Shown here one piece after another: positions 12,151 to 22,733 of a stretch of 64,000 nucleotides of DNA; within the stretch, counting starts at the first letter, position 1; each line of letters starts with the position of its first letter. Under the pieces are notes generated by a model. That model did no database searches and was not told the DNA's origin. It saw only the letters and a program-made list of their open reading frames with translations. The stretch covers positions 11,146 to 75,145 of the forward strand of contig DAHWNL010000051.1 in the NCBI GenBank assembly GCA_027339965.1, in the 5' to 3' direction. The DNA is from Granulicella sp. (GTDB lineage: Bacteria > Acidobacteriota > Terriglobia > Terriglobales > Acidobacteriaceae). The position numbers and the translations under genes were made by a program.

Positions 12151-12570
12151 ATGTCATACAGCGAAAAGGTAGTCGATCATTACGAGCACCCCCGCAACGT
12201 CGGCACGCTAGACAAGAACTCTTCTGAGGTTGGGACCGGCCTTGTAGGCGCCCCGGAGTGCGGAGATGTGATGCGTCTCCAGATCAAGGTGAATCCGGAG
12301 ACTCAGATCATCGAGGACGCCAAGTTCAAGACCTTCGGCTGCGGCTCAGCCATCGCCTCCAGTTCTCTGGCTACCGAGTGGGTGAAGGGCAAGACGGTGA
12401 ATGAAGCCCTCACCATCTCGAATACCGATATCGTCAAGGAGCTCTCCCTGCCGCCGGTGAAGATTCATTGCTCGGTTCTGGCCGAAGATGCGATCCGTGC
12501 CGCCATCGGCGACTGGAAGGCCAAGAACGGCGTCGCCAGCGAGGCTGTGGCGGCGATCGCGGCAGGATAA
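12151..12570 (+). CDS. iscU: Fe-S scaffold IscU
   Basis: GAPECGDVM, FKTFGCGSAIASS, LPPVKIHCS. Confidence 0.95.
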   Translation: MSYSEKVVDHYEHPRNVGTLDKNSSEVGTGLVGAPECGDVMRLQIKVNPETQIIEDAKFKTFGCGSAIASSSLATEWVKGKTVNEALTISNTDIVKELSLPPVKIHCSVLAEDAIRAAIGDWKAKNGVASEAVAAIAAG

Positions 12571-12838
12571 GGAACCAAGACCCCGAAGGCAGTCGGAAGC
12601 GCAAGACACCGGACGACGGTTCCGGGCTCATCGACGCTGGAAGCCAACGGACGCCTGGGTTGGGCGCGAAGAATTTCGACCTCCCCTTCTCCCAAGGAAC
12701 CCACCCGGGATCCCAGCGACCATCGTGGGTGGGAGATGCGCCAAGGGCGTCCGATCCGGCCTGCGGTCGAATCGGACGCCCTCCCCGATCCACTCGGCGC
12801 TGGAAGAAACCTGGCGCCGCAGACCTTGAGATCTCACC

Positions 12839-13336
12839 ATGTCCACCGTCTCCATCTCAACCACGACCAGCCGGTCCATGACGGCGGCTGAAGAGGCAAA
12901 GCCCAAAGATCCCTTTGCCGGAATGACGCTGCTCACCCCAGAGGGCCAGGAGCCCCGATCCCGAACCTCCATCGAGATCACCAGAAACGCCCTCAAGCGC
13001 ATTCGCGTTGCCATGGGCAAGGAGGGCATCTCCCCCGACCAAGGGGGGCTGCGCCTGGGGGTGCAGGGCGGCGGTTGCAGCGGCTTAAGCTACAACATCC
13101 GTTTTGACACCCAGCCCCGAGAGCGCGACCGAGTCTTCAGCTTTGGCGCCGGAGTCGAGACACCCAACGATCCCTCGGGCGCAAAGCCGGTGCGCATTTT
13201 TGTCGATCCCAAGAGCTTTCTCTACCTGGCCGGCATGGTCCTGGACTTTGAGGAGACCTTGATCCGGCAGGGCTTCAACTTTATCAATCCCAACTCAACC
13301 AAGAGCTGTGGCTGTGGCTCGTCGTTCTCTGCATAG
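12839..13336 (+). CDS. iscA: A-type Fe-S carrier (IscA/HesB)
   Basis: GGGCSGLSY and NPN...CGCGSSF. Confidence 0.9.
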   Translation: MSTVSISTTTSRSMTAAEEAKPKDPFAGMTLLTPEGQEPRSRTSIEITRNALKRIRVAMGKEGISPDQGGLRLGVQGGGCSGLSYNIRFDTQPRERDRVFSFGAGVETPNDPSGAKPVRIFVDPKSFLYLAGMVLDFEETLIRQGFNFINPNSTKSCGCGSSFSA

Positions 13337-13542
13337 CTTCCCCAGCCTCGGCGCGGAATGAGCCCACGCCGCGCGGCTTTGCGTTCTCATCCCGCCCCCG
13401 CGTGGTCGGACGAGCAGCTCCGGCGGGCTGGAGGCGGTTTGGTGAGCCGGTCTGGGTTCGAGCGTAGCCCTCATCCGCGACCAAGTGCCGGTCGGTGACG
13501 CGCGTGCCCGTCCTTGTCGCGGATTGCTTGCCTGCCCTCACC

Positions 13543-14352
13543 TCACCCGGCCAGCACCGCGCCTCCGTTCACATTGAAGATCTCTCCAGAGACAAATCCC
13601 GCCCAGGGCGTGCAGAGAAAGACCACCGGACCCGCAATCTCTTCCGGCTCGGCGGCCCTGCCGAGTGGAATCAGGCGCAGTGCTTTCTCGGCAGCCTGCG
13701 GATCTCCAAGAGTCGCCGCGGACATCTCGGTCCGCACCCATCCCGGGGCTACGCAGTTGCAAAGAATTCCCTGGGGCGCCAGCTCGCTGGAGAGGCTTTT
13801 GGTCAAAGACAGCAGGGCTCCCTTGCTGGCCGCGTAGTCCGCGTGAAACGCCTCGCCTCGCTGGGCTGCCGTGGAGGCTATCAGCACCAGATGTCCGCGC
13901 ACGCCTTCCGGAGACCTGGGCTGATCCAGCATCTGCTGTACCCCGGCCTGCACCAACCCAAACACGCTGTCCAGATTCACTCCCAGAGTGGTTCGCCACT
14001 GTTGCGCCGACATGCCGGCCACGGGCTGATCGTGGGCCGGCCAGATTCCATGGTTGATGACCAGGCAGTCCAGCCGTCCAAAGACGGATACGGCAGTGGC
14101 CACCAAAGCCGTTCCATCCTCCACGGAGCTCAACTCCTGGGGCAACGCCCGGCAGACGCTCTCCCCTCCGCAGGTCTGCGCCAGCGCCTCGGCCTGCTCG
14201 CGCGCCCGGCGATAGCTGAAAACCACTCGCGCCCCAGCCTGCCGGAACAGACGAACCGTTGCAGCGCCAATTCCCCGCGATCCTCCTGTCACCAGGACCA
14301 CCCGGCCCTGCAACGAGAAAGAGAGTCCGCCCCCCTGCGCTGAAATGTCCAT
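13543..14352 (-). CDS. Short-chain dehydrogenase/reductase (FabG-like)
   Basis: TGGSRGIG, YAASK, NCVAPGWV. Confidence 0.9.
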   Translation of the reverse strand: MDISAQGGGLSFSLQGRVVLVTGGSRGIGAATVRLFRQAGARVVFSYRRAREQAEALAQTCGGESVCRALPQELSSVEDGTALVATAVSVFGRLDCLVINHGIWPAHDQPVAGMSAQQWRTTLGVNLDSVFGLVQAGVQQMLDQPRSPEGVRGHLVLIASTAAQRGEAFHADYAASKGALLSLTKSLSSELAPQGILCNCVAPGWVRTEMSAATLGDPQAAEKALRLIPLGRAAEPEEIAGPVVFLCTPWAGFVSGEIFNVNGGAVLAG

Positions 14353-14591
14353 AGCGATGTTGTAGCAGTTCCGCAGCCGCTGGATCCAACGCTCAGACCT
14401 CCGTCGATTTCTGGTCGTCGATTTCCGGTCGCGGACAAACGAGCCACCCCCGAACCGCACCCGAAGCAACGACCGCCCAACCAGAGAGAGAACCCGGCCA
14501 GATCCGCCGAAGCCGGATCGTCCTCTTCGCTACGTCTCTGCCGGGCAGGATCACTCTCCACGCCGCACCTCTGGGTGATAGGCTGGCGAGA

Positions 14592-16682
14592 ATGACGACC
14601 TCTGCCTGCCCCTGCCGCATCTCCTTGCCGACAACTCCTTGCAGCCTGCTGCTTCTGACAGCTCTCTCCGCTACTCTCGGTCTGCCTCTGCCGGCTCAGG
14701 CGGCCAGCCAGAGGCCGGCAGCTCGGCAGGGCGCTCCGATGGTGCAGTTTGGCAACGTCTCGCTCTCGCCCGACGGCCAGACCGTGGCCTGGACAACGCG
14801 CGGGCCCGACGCCTCCACCGTTCACCTCGCCCAGGTCTCCACCCCCGCATCCACCCCCGCATCCACGGAGACAATTTCGATCCCGGGAGCCGCCGATTGC
14901 AGCAGCAGCGACCCCACCTGGGCGCCGGATGGAGAGACGCTGGCCTTCCTTTCCACCTGCGCCAATCCCAGTGGGCAGCAGGGCCAAGCCAACAGCAACG
15001 CAGCCCGGCTTGCCCAGGAGCAGGTCTTCCTGTGGTCCAGATCCACCCACCAGGTCACTCAACTCACCCACGTGGTGGGGGAGCTACAAGAGCTCGCCTG
15101 GAGCCCGAGAGGCCATACCCTCTCCTTCCTCTTTGTTCAAAACGCCACTCGCCACGCCGGAGCGCTGGATGCCATGCCACCCTGGAATGGGGTGATCGGC
15201 GATGAGGGCGTAGAGATTCAGCGGATCTACTCTGTGGACGCCAAGACCGGAGCGGGCCGATTCCTCTCCCCCGCCGGCCTGCATGTCTATGAATTTGACT
15301 ATGCCCCAGACGGGCATCATGTAGCCTACATCGCCGCCAATCCTCCGGGAGAGAATAACTGGTGGACGGCGAAGCTCTACGTCCAACCGATCTTGAGCGG
15401 CGCGCCGAAGGTCGTCCTGGATCCCGCCACCGTCTCCGGATCGCTGCATGGTTTGCAGATCGCGGTGCCGCGCTACTCCCCGGACGGCAAAAACATCGCC
15501 TTCATCGGCGGGCTGATGAGTGACCAGGGTTCAACCGGCGGCGACGTCTACGTCATCCCCAGCAAGCCTGGCTCGGCCGCCAACGAAGCGCCAGTGGACG
15601 TCACGGCGAACATCGACGGCACTCCTTGCTTTGAGGGCTGGCTGAACCGCCGGGTGATCGGCTTTGTCGAGGACCGCCGCGGCCACCTTCTGCTCTCCAG
15701 CTACAGTATGGACAGCCGGAAGCCTGCTGGCGCTGCGCACGACCTGGGCACGGTCTCCATCTCCGGAGGGACTATCAAGGACGCGGCCTGGACAAGATTG
15801 GCCAGTGGCATGGCGTTTGTGAAGCGGGGACCGGCGCTGCCGCCGGAGATCTGGGCCGGCCCTTGGGACAATGTTCAACAGGTGACACGTCTCAACCAGA
15901 ACATCAAACTGAACCCGCCCCGGTTTGAATCCATTGAATGGACCAACGAGAGCTTCAGTGTCCAGGGTTGGCTCACCTTTCCCAAGAACTACGACCCGGC
16001 CAAAAAGTATCCGCTCATCGTCGAAGTCCACGGCGGCCCCTCCGCCTCCGCCGGCCCCCGGCCCGAAACCATGTGGTCGGAGCAGGGCTACTTCGTGCTG
16101 GCACCCAACCCGCGCGGCTCCTTCGGGCAAGGAGAGAAGTTCGTCCAGGCCAACCGCAAGGACTTCGGCTACGGTGACCTGCGCGACATCCTCAAGGGAA
16201 TGGATACCATCGAGTCCAGGTACCCCATCGACAAACAGCGTGAAGGGATCACCGGATGGAGCTACGGCGGCTTTATGACCATGTTCGCCGTCACCCAGAC
16301 TCATCGCTTCCGCGCCGCTGTGGCCGGAGCCGGCCTCTCTGACTGGCTCTCTTACTACGGGGAAAACTCCATTGACCAGTGGATGATTCCGTTCTTCGGA
16401 GCCAGTGTTTACGACGATCCGGCGGTCTATGCCAAGTCCTCCGCCATCAACTACGTCAAGAACGTCAAAACCCCCACGCTGGTGGTGGTGGGTGATCGCG
16501 ACGGGGAGTGCCCGGCGCCCCAGTCCTTCGAGTTCTGGCACGCCCTGCGCGATCTGGGCGTCAAGACGGAGTTGGTGGTCTACCCCGACGAAGGCCACGC
16601 CTTCCGCAACCCGGCCCATATCCGCGACGTCGCGGAGCGGTCGATCGCGTGGTTCGCAACCAACATGCAGGCTCAACCCTGA
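14592..16682 (+). CDS. Secreted S9-family (prolyl oligopeptidase/acylaminoacyl) peptidase
   Basis: Signal peptide, PD40-like repeats, VHGGP, GWSYGG, GDRD, EGH. Confidence 0.9.
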   Translation: MTTSACPCRISLPTTPCSLLLLTALSATLGLPLPAQAASQRPAARQGAPMVQFGNVSLSPDGQTVAWTTRGPDASTVHLAQVSTPASTPASTETISIPGAADCSSSDPTWAPDGETLAFLSTCANPSGQQGQANSNAARLAQEQVFLWSRSTHQVTQLTHVVGELQELAWSPRGHTLSFLFVQNATRHAGALDAMPPWNGVIGDEGVEIQRIYSVDAKTGAGRFLSPAGLHVYEFDYAPDGHHVAYIAANPPGENNWWTAKLYVQPILSGAPKVVLDPATVSGSLHGLQIAVPRYSPDGKNIAFIGGLMSDQGSTGGDVYVIPSKPGSAANEAPVDVTANIDGTPCFEGWLNRRVIGFVEDRRGHLLLSSYSMDSRKPAGAAHDLGTVSISGGTIKDAAWTRLASGMAFVKRGPALPPEIWAGPWDNVQQVTRLNQNIKLNPPRFESIEWTNESFSVQGWLTFPKNYDPAKKYPLIVEVHGGPSASAGPRPETMWSEQGYFVLAPNPRGSFGQGEKFVQANRKDFGYGDLRDILKGMDTIESRYPIDKQREGITGWSYGGFMTMFAVTQTHRFRAAVAGAGLSDWLSYYGENSIDQWMIPFFGASVYDDPAVYAKSSAINYVKNVKTPTLVVVGDRDGECPAPQSFEFWHALRDLGVKTELVVYPDEGHAFRNPAHIRDVAERSIAWFATNMQAQP

Positions 16683-16989
16683 GGTTGCCGGCCGAACCGG
16701 CTCCGGTGGTCCGGGCCTGGCCTCCCGGCCTGCCGCACCGGACGCCCTCTGAAGGGACGGGGACACCCGCCGCTTCCTGCCCGGGACAGAGCCGGGACGA
16801 CCCTGGCTGCTGTTGATCCAGCGTCTTCTTCGGCCCTGATCGTTGCAGAAATCTCCCTCGGTTGGAGGTTTTCCTGCGCTCCCGATTTGCTACAGGACCG
16901 TCGAACCTTTAAACTGGAAGCTCGAAAGTTATCTTCAGTTGACGGTATGACCGTTCAGCTTTCGTTCTGGTTGAACGGGGAGGTCCTTA

Positions 16990-19500
16990 GTGCGGTTGTT
17001 TCTTTCGAAAAAGGTGCGTCGTTTCAGCGGTCTCGCAGCTCTGCTCCTCCTTACGCTTCCCCTGGGCCTGTCCGTGACTGGCTGTGCTCATCACTCAGCC
17101 CCCTTGGTGTACTGCAATGCGGGCGACTCCGGTCCAGTCGTAGGCCAGGTGGCTTACATCGTGTTAGAGGGGACGACCCTGGCGACGACCGGAGAGAGCC
17201 TGAACTACGCCGAGATGGGCGTGACGCTATCGGCGACGGCCTACGATTGTCATCACAATTCGGTTTCGGTCAAAGCCTTTACCTACGGCAGCACCAGCAG
17301 CTTTGAGAATAACGTCAACGGCGGCCCGATCTTCGCCGACATCAACCCCTCCAACGGCCAGGTCTGCGGTGGAACCTGGAACCGCTTCACTGGTGGTGGA
17401 ATTGCGGATTACACCATTTGCACTCCTCCCAGCCCTTTGCCCACCCAGCATGTGGCGCAAGTAACGGCAGAAGCTGACGGAGTGGTCAGCAACGCGATTG
17501 ATGTTTACGTCCATCCTGTGGTCACGGGGGTGGTGCTTGGCCCAGCCTCAAAATCCTGCGCCGCCGGCACAGATCAAGGCAGCGACTGCTGTCCCAATGA
17601 TACGGTGGGCACGCCCGTGCCGACCCCGGCCGGAGTGGTGGACGGCAGCAAATGTATCTCACAGAATCAGGTAGGCCAACTGGTCGCCCGGGTCTACGAT
17701 AACGGCGGCACAACCGGAAGCGCGGCTGACAACATCACCTGCCAGGTGGGCCACCTCACCTTTGGCGCCCAGACCTCCGGCATCGTCTCCATCGATCAGA
17801 ATGGAGCGGCGACGGCGCAGATGCCGGGTTCAACCGTCATCACTGCCACCATTGCCAACTCCGCCACAGCCAATAACGCCGGCATCTTCGCCACCTGCCC
17901 GCCCGCATCGATCACGCTCGAGAATCCTGACAATCCCTCCTCCTCCACCGTCAACGTTCCAATCTTGACCGAACAGCCGCTAGACACAAGAGTTCTGGAC
18001 ACCAACGGAAACGTCATTACCGGCCTTAGCCTGGAGTTCAACTCCACCAACCTGCAGGCCATTCCGACTGCAGCCGGCGGCTCAGTCACCCCGCAGTTTC
18101 CGGGCTCAGTGAACGTTACTGCGGTATGCCAGCCCTCCTCATGCAACCCTGCTCCTTTCAGCCAGCTTGGGCTGTATGGAACCGGCAAGGCCATCACCTC
18201 CAATCCCATCACGGTGGTCGCTTCCGGCACTAGCAGCACCGTGGTCTACATGGGCAGCACAGCTTCGCAGTTCGTCGCCTTCCGGGACTTCACTACCAAC
18301 GAGACCAGTTCGCTCATCGATCTGCCCTTTGTGCCAAACTCCATGGTGATGAACCTGGCTGGCACGGAGATTTATTTGGGCAGCCAGGAAGGTTTGATGA
18401 CCATCGCGACGTCCAGCAACAGCGTCTCGCCGGCCGACCAGAACATCCAGGGTGAGGTTCTCTCCGTATCGCCCGATGGAAGCATGCTGGTGGTAACGGA
18501 TCCTCCTCTGCAGACCATCTCTTTGATTTCGACCTCCACGATGGCGGTGATCAGCAGCTACACCGGCGTCGGCACCAGCGCCTCATGGTCCATCGACAAC
18601 CAGGCGGTTTACGTCACCACCACCACCAACCAGGTTCTGACGTACTCGAAGTACACTGACTGGCAAGTAGCTTCCGCCGACGAGATCTACTCAGCCACCA
18701 CTGTAACCGTACCTGGCATCGGGGCGTTCTTTGCCGGGCCGACCACCACGGAAGCACGCAGCTACTGCCCATCCACCACCATTTCCTCCGCCGCACTGCC
18801 ACCGACCACGGCCAACTCCTTCATCCCGCTGGTCTCGACGAACCCTGTGGCCACCGACCAGCTCGTCGCCACCAATAACGGGACGCACATTGTCGGCGCC
18901 CACGCCAATGGCACTTCCTCCACCCTCACAGACATCGATGTGACGCTGCCTCTACCACCCACCAACCCCACCTCTGGAGTCAACTACGGTTGCCCGATTC
19001 CACCAGCGGCTCAGCCTTCCACCACCTACTTTCCGACCACCGTCAACGGACCGTTACCGCTCAGCGGCATCAACGCTGCCAGCATCACCGGACTCCAGGC
19101 CTCCACCAACTCTGAAGCAGTCTTCGTCAACTACACCCTCCCAACGACCGCAAAAACCGGAGCCGGCATTCTGCCTCTCTACCTGCCTCCGGCCACCGGC
19201 ACTGGGCCTGGGACGCTCAATCTCCTTACCCTGAGCAATGGAGCCTCCGCCTCATCGGCCCCCGAATCCGGGGTCTTCAGCACGGATAACTTCACCTACT
19301 ACGTGGGCACGGGCTCCAGCGATGGACTCTCAGCCGACAATGATGTCCATGAGATTACCCTGACCTACCCGGCCGGCGGTCCACCGACGGCGGTTGAAAA
19401 ACCCGGAGCAATCATCAGCCCCCAACTCCCCCTGGAGAACGGATCCGGATATGCTCCCGTCAACCTCATCGCGCAGTACCCGAAGAAGACACTCAACTAA
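16990..19500 (+). CDS. Large Thr/Ser/Cys-rich lipoprotein with Ig-like and propeller-like segments
   Basis: 836-aa ORF; lipobox VTGC; Big-like 'SIDQNGAATA..PGSTVITAT'. Confidence 0.7.
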   Translation: MRLFLSKKVRRFSGLAALLLLTLPLGLSVTGCAHHSAPLVYCNAGDSGPVVGQVAYIVLEGTTLATTGESLNYAEMGVTLSATAYDCHHNSVSVKAFTYGSTSSFENNVNGGPIFADINPSNGQVCGGTWNRFTGGGIADYTICTPPSPLPTQHVAQVTAEADGVVSNAIDVYVHPVVTGVVLGPASKSCAAGTDQGSDCCPNDTVGTPVPTPAGVVDGSKCISQNQVGQLVARVYDNGGTTGSAADNITCQVGHLTFGAQTSGIVSIDQNGAATAQMPGSTVITATIANSATANNAGIFATCPPASITLENPDNPSSSTVNVPILTEQPLDTRVLDTNGNVITGLSLEFNSTNLQAIPTAAGGSVTPQFPGSVNVTAVCQPSSCNPAPFSQLGLYGTGKAITSNPITVVASGTSSTVVYMGSTASQFVAFRDFTTNETSSLIDLPFVPNSMVMNLAGTEIYLGSQEGLMTIATSSNSVSPADQNIQGEVLSVSPDGSMLVVTDPPLQTISLISTSTMAVISSYTGVGTSASWSIDNQAVYVTTTTNQVLTYSKYTDWQVASADEIYSATTVTVPGIGAFFAGPTTTEARSYCPSTTISSAALPPTTANSFIPLVSTNPVATDQLVATNNGTHIVGAHANGTSSTLTDIDVTLPLPPTNPTSGVNYGCPIPPAAQPSTTYFPTTVNGPLPLSGINAASITGLQASTNSEAVFVNYTLPTTAKTGAGILPLYLPPATGTGPGTLNLLTLSNGASASSAPESGVFSTDNFTYYVGTGSSDGLSADNDVHEITLTYPAGGPPTAVEKPGAIISPQLPLENGSGYAPVNLIAQYPKKTLN

Positions 19501-19517
19501 CCGTCGAGAAATGCAAC

Positions 19518-19551
19518 GCGCCGAAGCTGACTGCTTCGGCGCACTTTTCTT
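19518..19551 (+). terminator. Rho-independent terminator
   Basis: GCGCCGAAGC-tgact-GCTTCGGCGC followed by acttttctt, just after the lipoprotein stop. Confidence 0.75.
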
Positions 19552-19628
19552 GTCTGCTGCAACGCAGGGCATTTGATCCCGTTGACTATCGGACGAGCCG
19601 GATCAGCATCCGTCTGGCCTGAGACGGC

Positions 19629-21014
19629 CTAATAGGCGTCGCCGCCGTGCGTCGTGTCCAGGTTTTCAAACCGGGTGAAGTCGGAAAGATAGGCCAGTTG
19701 CACGGAGCCGGTGGGACCGTTGCGCTGCTTGGCGACGATAATCTCCGCCTTGCCCTTCAGATCCTCGTTCTCGCGATCGTAGTACTCCTCGCGGTGGATA
19801 AACGCCACCACATCCGCATCCTGCTCGATCGAACCGGATTCCCGCAGATCGCTGAGCAGCGGCTTCTTGTCGCCCGTGCGCTGCTCGCTGCCACGGGAGA
19901 GCTGCGAGAGCGCGATCACCGGCACGCCCAGCTCCTTGGCTAGCCCCTTCAGGCCGCGTGAGATGCTGCTCACCTCCTGCGTCCGGTTCTCAAATCGCTT
20001 CTGGGAGCCGGTCGTCGACCCGGTCATGAGCTGCAGATAATCGATCACCACCAGATCCAGCGCTCCCTCCTGCTGGCGCAGGCGGCGTGCCTTGGCCCGC
20101 ATCTCAGCCAGAGTAATGCCGGGCGTGTCGTCGATGAACATCTTGGAGTTCATCAGCCGGTCCAATGCGGCCATGAGCTTTCCCTTGTCCTCACGGGGGA
20201 TGAAGCCGGTCTGCAGCTTGCGGCTTCCCACCAGCGCTTCGCTGGCCAGCATGCGGCGCAGCAGCGACTCCTTGCTCATCTCTAGCGAGAAGACCGCGAC
20301 GACCTTTCCGTCACGAACCGCGCAGTTCTGAGCGATATTGATCGCCCACGCGGTCTTGCCCATGCTCGGCCGGGCCGCGATGATGATTAGCTCAGAGTTC
20401 TGCAGGCCGCTGGTCATCTTGTCGAACTCGATGTAATGGGTAGCCAGGCCTGTGACCTCGCGGCCCTGCTCATAGAGCGCGTCGATGCTGCCAAAGGAGT
20501 TGGCGACGATCTCCGGAATGTTCGAGAAGCCGCGCTGAATGGCGGAGTCGGCAACCTCGGCCAGCCGGACTTCCACGTCGTTGAGGACCTTGGTCGCATC
20601 CTCGCTCTGCTCGGCAGCCGCGGCCATCCCCTCATTGAAGATGCCCAGAAGCTGGCGAAGCAGGCTCTTGTCCTTCACGATCCGTACGTAGGACTCGATG
20701 TTCGGATTGCGCGGAATGCCCTCTGTCAGGAAAGCCAGGTAAGCTGCCCCACCAATCGCATCCAGCTCCCTGCGCTTGGTCAGCGCATCCATCACCGTGA
20801 TCAGGTCCACCGCGTGGCCCTGGGCCAGCAGATCCACCATGACGCGGTAGATGCGCTGATGCGAATCCAGGGCAAAATCTTCCGCGCGGAGCTTCGCCGT
20901 GGCGTCCGTGATGGCTACCGCGTCCAGCAGCATGGCGCCCAGCACCGTCACCTCGGTCTGGACCGAGGAGGGCAGACCGTCGTTCCGGGGAGAGATCGTG
21001 CTCAAAGACGCCAT
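19629..21014 (-). CDS. dnaB: Replicative DNA helicase DnaB
   Basis: AARPSMGKT, DYLQL, LSQLSR, DLRESGSIEQDAD, KQRNGPTG; no intein. Confidence 0.96.
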   Translation of the reverse strand: MASLSTISPRNDGLPSSVQTEVTVLGAMLLDAVAITDATAKLRAEDFALDSHQRIYRVMVDLLAQGHAVDLITVMDALTKRRELDAIGGAAYLAFLTEGIPRNPNIESYVRIVKDKSLLRQLLGIFNEGMAAAAEQSEDATKVLNDVEVRLAEVADSAIQRGFSNIPEIVANSFGSIDALYEQGREVTGLATHYIEFDKMTSGLQNSELIIIAARPSMGKTAWAINIAQNCAVRDGKVVAVFSLEMSKESLLRRMLASEALVGSRKLQTGFIPREDKGKLMAALDRLMNSKMFIDDTPGITLAEMRAKARRLRQQEGALDLVVIDYLQLMTGSTTGSQKRFENRTQEVSSISRGLKGLAKELGVPVIALSQLSRGSEQRTGDKKPLLSDLRESGSIEQDADVVAFIHREEYYDRENEDLKGKAEIIVAKQRNGPTGSVQLAYLSDFTRFENLDTTHGGDAY

Positions 21015-21244
21015 ACGTTTCCAGTGTACGAGCCGCTTCGCCGGTGGAGAACTGGGGCGCGGATGTGGACTCCGGGGGTCATCCCCGCAGCTTACCCATC
21101 CGCCCGCCGAGCTGCCCGCCTCATCCGACCGGGCCATAACTCTGCCCAAGGAGTCGAGCGGAAAGGTCCCCTTCTTCGCTCCAGCCCCATGCGCCCCCGC
21201 ACAGAAGCTGGACGCATGGGACCGTTTCAGCACCAGCCAGCCGG

Positions 21245-22504
21245 TTACTTGGCGCCGGCGTGCATCTGGGCGCAGTGGCTGCCCTGGCGACCGCACAGGC
21301 ACTTGCTCTCTGCCGCCGCGGTGGCGCTGCGCTGGGCGTAGACCTTCTGGGCCGCCACCAGGCCGTCGCCAAACTTGGCCCCAAGCTGCGGAACCGACTT
21401 GACCACCACCTGCTCCAGCGCCCCGATCAGCGCAATGGTGTCCATGTAGTCGAAGAAGCCCAGATGCGCAATGCGGAAGATCTGACCTTTCATCTCCCCC
21501 TGGCCGTTCGTGATCACCGCGGCAAAGCGCGCCTTCAGTTCCTTGACAAACACACCGGAGTCCACGCCCTCCGGAGCCAGGACGGCGGTTGCGGCCGCGC
21601 CGGAGGTCTCCGGAGCAAACAACTTCAGCCCCAGAGCTGTCACCGCGGCTCTGGTCATCGCCGCAACCGTCTCGGCGTTCTCCACCAGGCGCTTGCGGCC
21701 CTCCACCAGGCTTCCGTCACCCTGCGCCGCGATCCAGTCAAAGGCCGCTCCCAGAGCCGCAATCAGCGCTACAGCCGGGGTGTAGGCGGACTCGCCCGCT
21801 TTGGCGTTCTTGCGCTCCTTGCGCAGGTCAAAATAGTAGCGCGGGTTGTAGGTGGCCTCCATGCGGTCCCAGGCGCGCTGGCTTACCGCCAGATAGCTCA
21901 GTCCCGGCGGAATCATCACCGCCTTCTGGGAGCCGCCTACCAGCACATCCACGCCCCATCCATCCATGTCCAGGTGGGTGGTGCCCAGGCCGGTGATGGC
22001 ATCCACCACCAGCAGCGCCTCCGAGTTTGAGTCCTTGAGCAGCTTGGCGATGGCGGGAACACAATGGCGCACGCCCGTGGAGGTTTCCGTTGCCTGCATG
22101 AAGACGGCGCGCGTCTCCAGATGCAGCGAGGCCTTCACCTCATCCAGCGAGAAGGTCTCGCCGTAGGGAGCGCTGACCACATCTACATGGCAGCCAAAGG
22201 CCTTGGCCAAGGCTGACCAGCGCTCACCGAACTTGCCGGCGGTAAGCACCAGCACGCGGTCGCCCGGCGAGGTCAGGTTGGACACCGAGGCCTCCATCGC
22301 TCCCGTTCCAGAGCTGGAGAGCAGGATCACGTCGTTCGTGGTGCCTACGAACTCCTTGAGTTGACCGAGCACGCGCGTGTACAGGGCGCGAAATTCGGCC
22401 GTGCGGTGATGAATATCGGCCGCCGCCATCGCAAACTGCGCGGCGGGAAGCAGGGGGGTGGGTCCAGGCGTAAACAGGCGTGTTTTTCGAATCATAGTCT
22501 CCAT
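21245..22504 (-). CDS. Class V PLP aminotransferase (alanine-glyoxylate/serine-pyruvate family)
   Basis: LFTPGPT, SGTGAMEA, ETSTG, VDAI, GSQKA. Confidence 0.9.
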   Translation of the reverse strand: METMIRKTRLFTPGPTPLLPAAQFAMAAADIHHRTAEFRALYTRVLGQLKEFVGTTNDVILLSSSGTGAMEASVSNLTSPGDRVLVLTAGKFGERWSALAKAFGCHVDVVSAPYGETFSLDEVKASLHLETRAVFMQATETSTGVRHCVPAIAKLLKDSNSEALLVVDAITGLGTTHLDMDGWGVDVLVGGSQKAVMIPPGLSYLAVSQRAWDRMEATYNPRYYFDLRKERKNAKAGESAYTPAVALIAALGAAFDWIAAQGDGSLVEGRKRLVENAETVAAMTRAAVTALGLKLFAPETSGAAATAVLAPEGVDSGVFVKELKARFAAVITNGQGEMKGQIFRIAHLGFFDYMDTIALIGALEQVVVKSVPQLGAKFGDGLVAAQKVYAQRSATAAAESKCLCGRQGSHCAQMHAGAK

Positions 22505-22733
22505 TTTAGCCGTTTCACCCCAACCGGCTGCCTGACGCCGTTGGGATGGCGCGCATCTCTCACCTCTTCTTCCCACTGCAGCCGTGAAGCCTTTCTTGAG
22601 CCGCCTCACGCAGCCTCGGTCGTACCGGCCAGGCACGCCGGTACACTGAATCAGGGAGACCACCAGACGGCGGCCTGGGCGAGGACCGGAGACGCGAAGG
22701 CGGCAAGCCCCAATAGATCGGAGAGGATTCATC

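Noticed and set aside
19629..21302. Intein or long N-terminal extension in DnaB
   Set aside because: Motifs are contiguous at normal length; the extension is an upstream-start artefact
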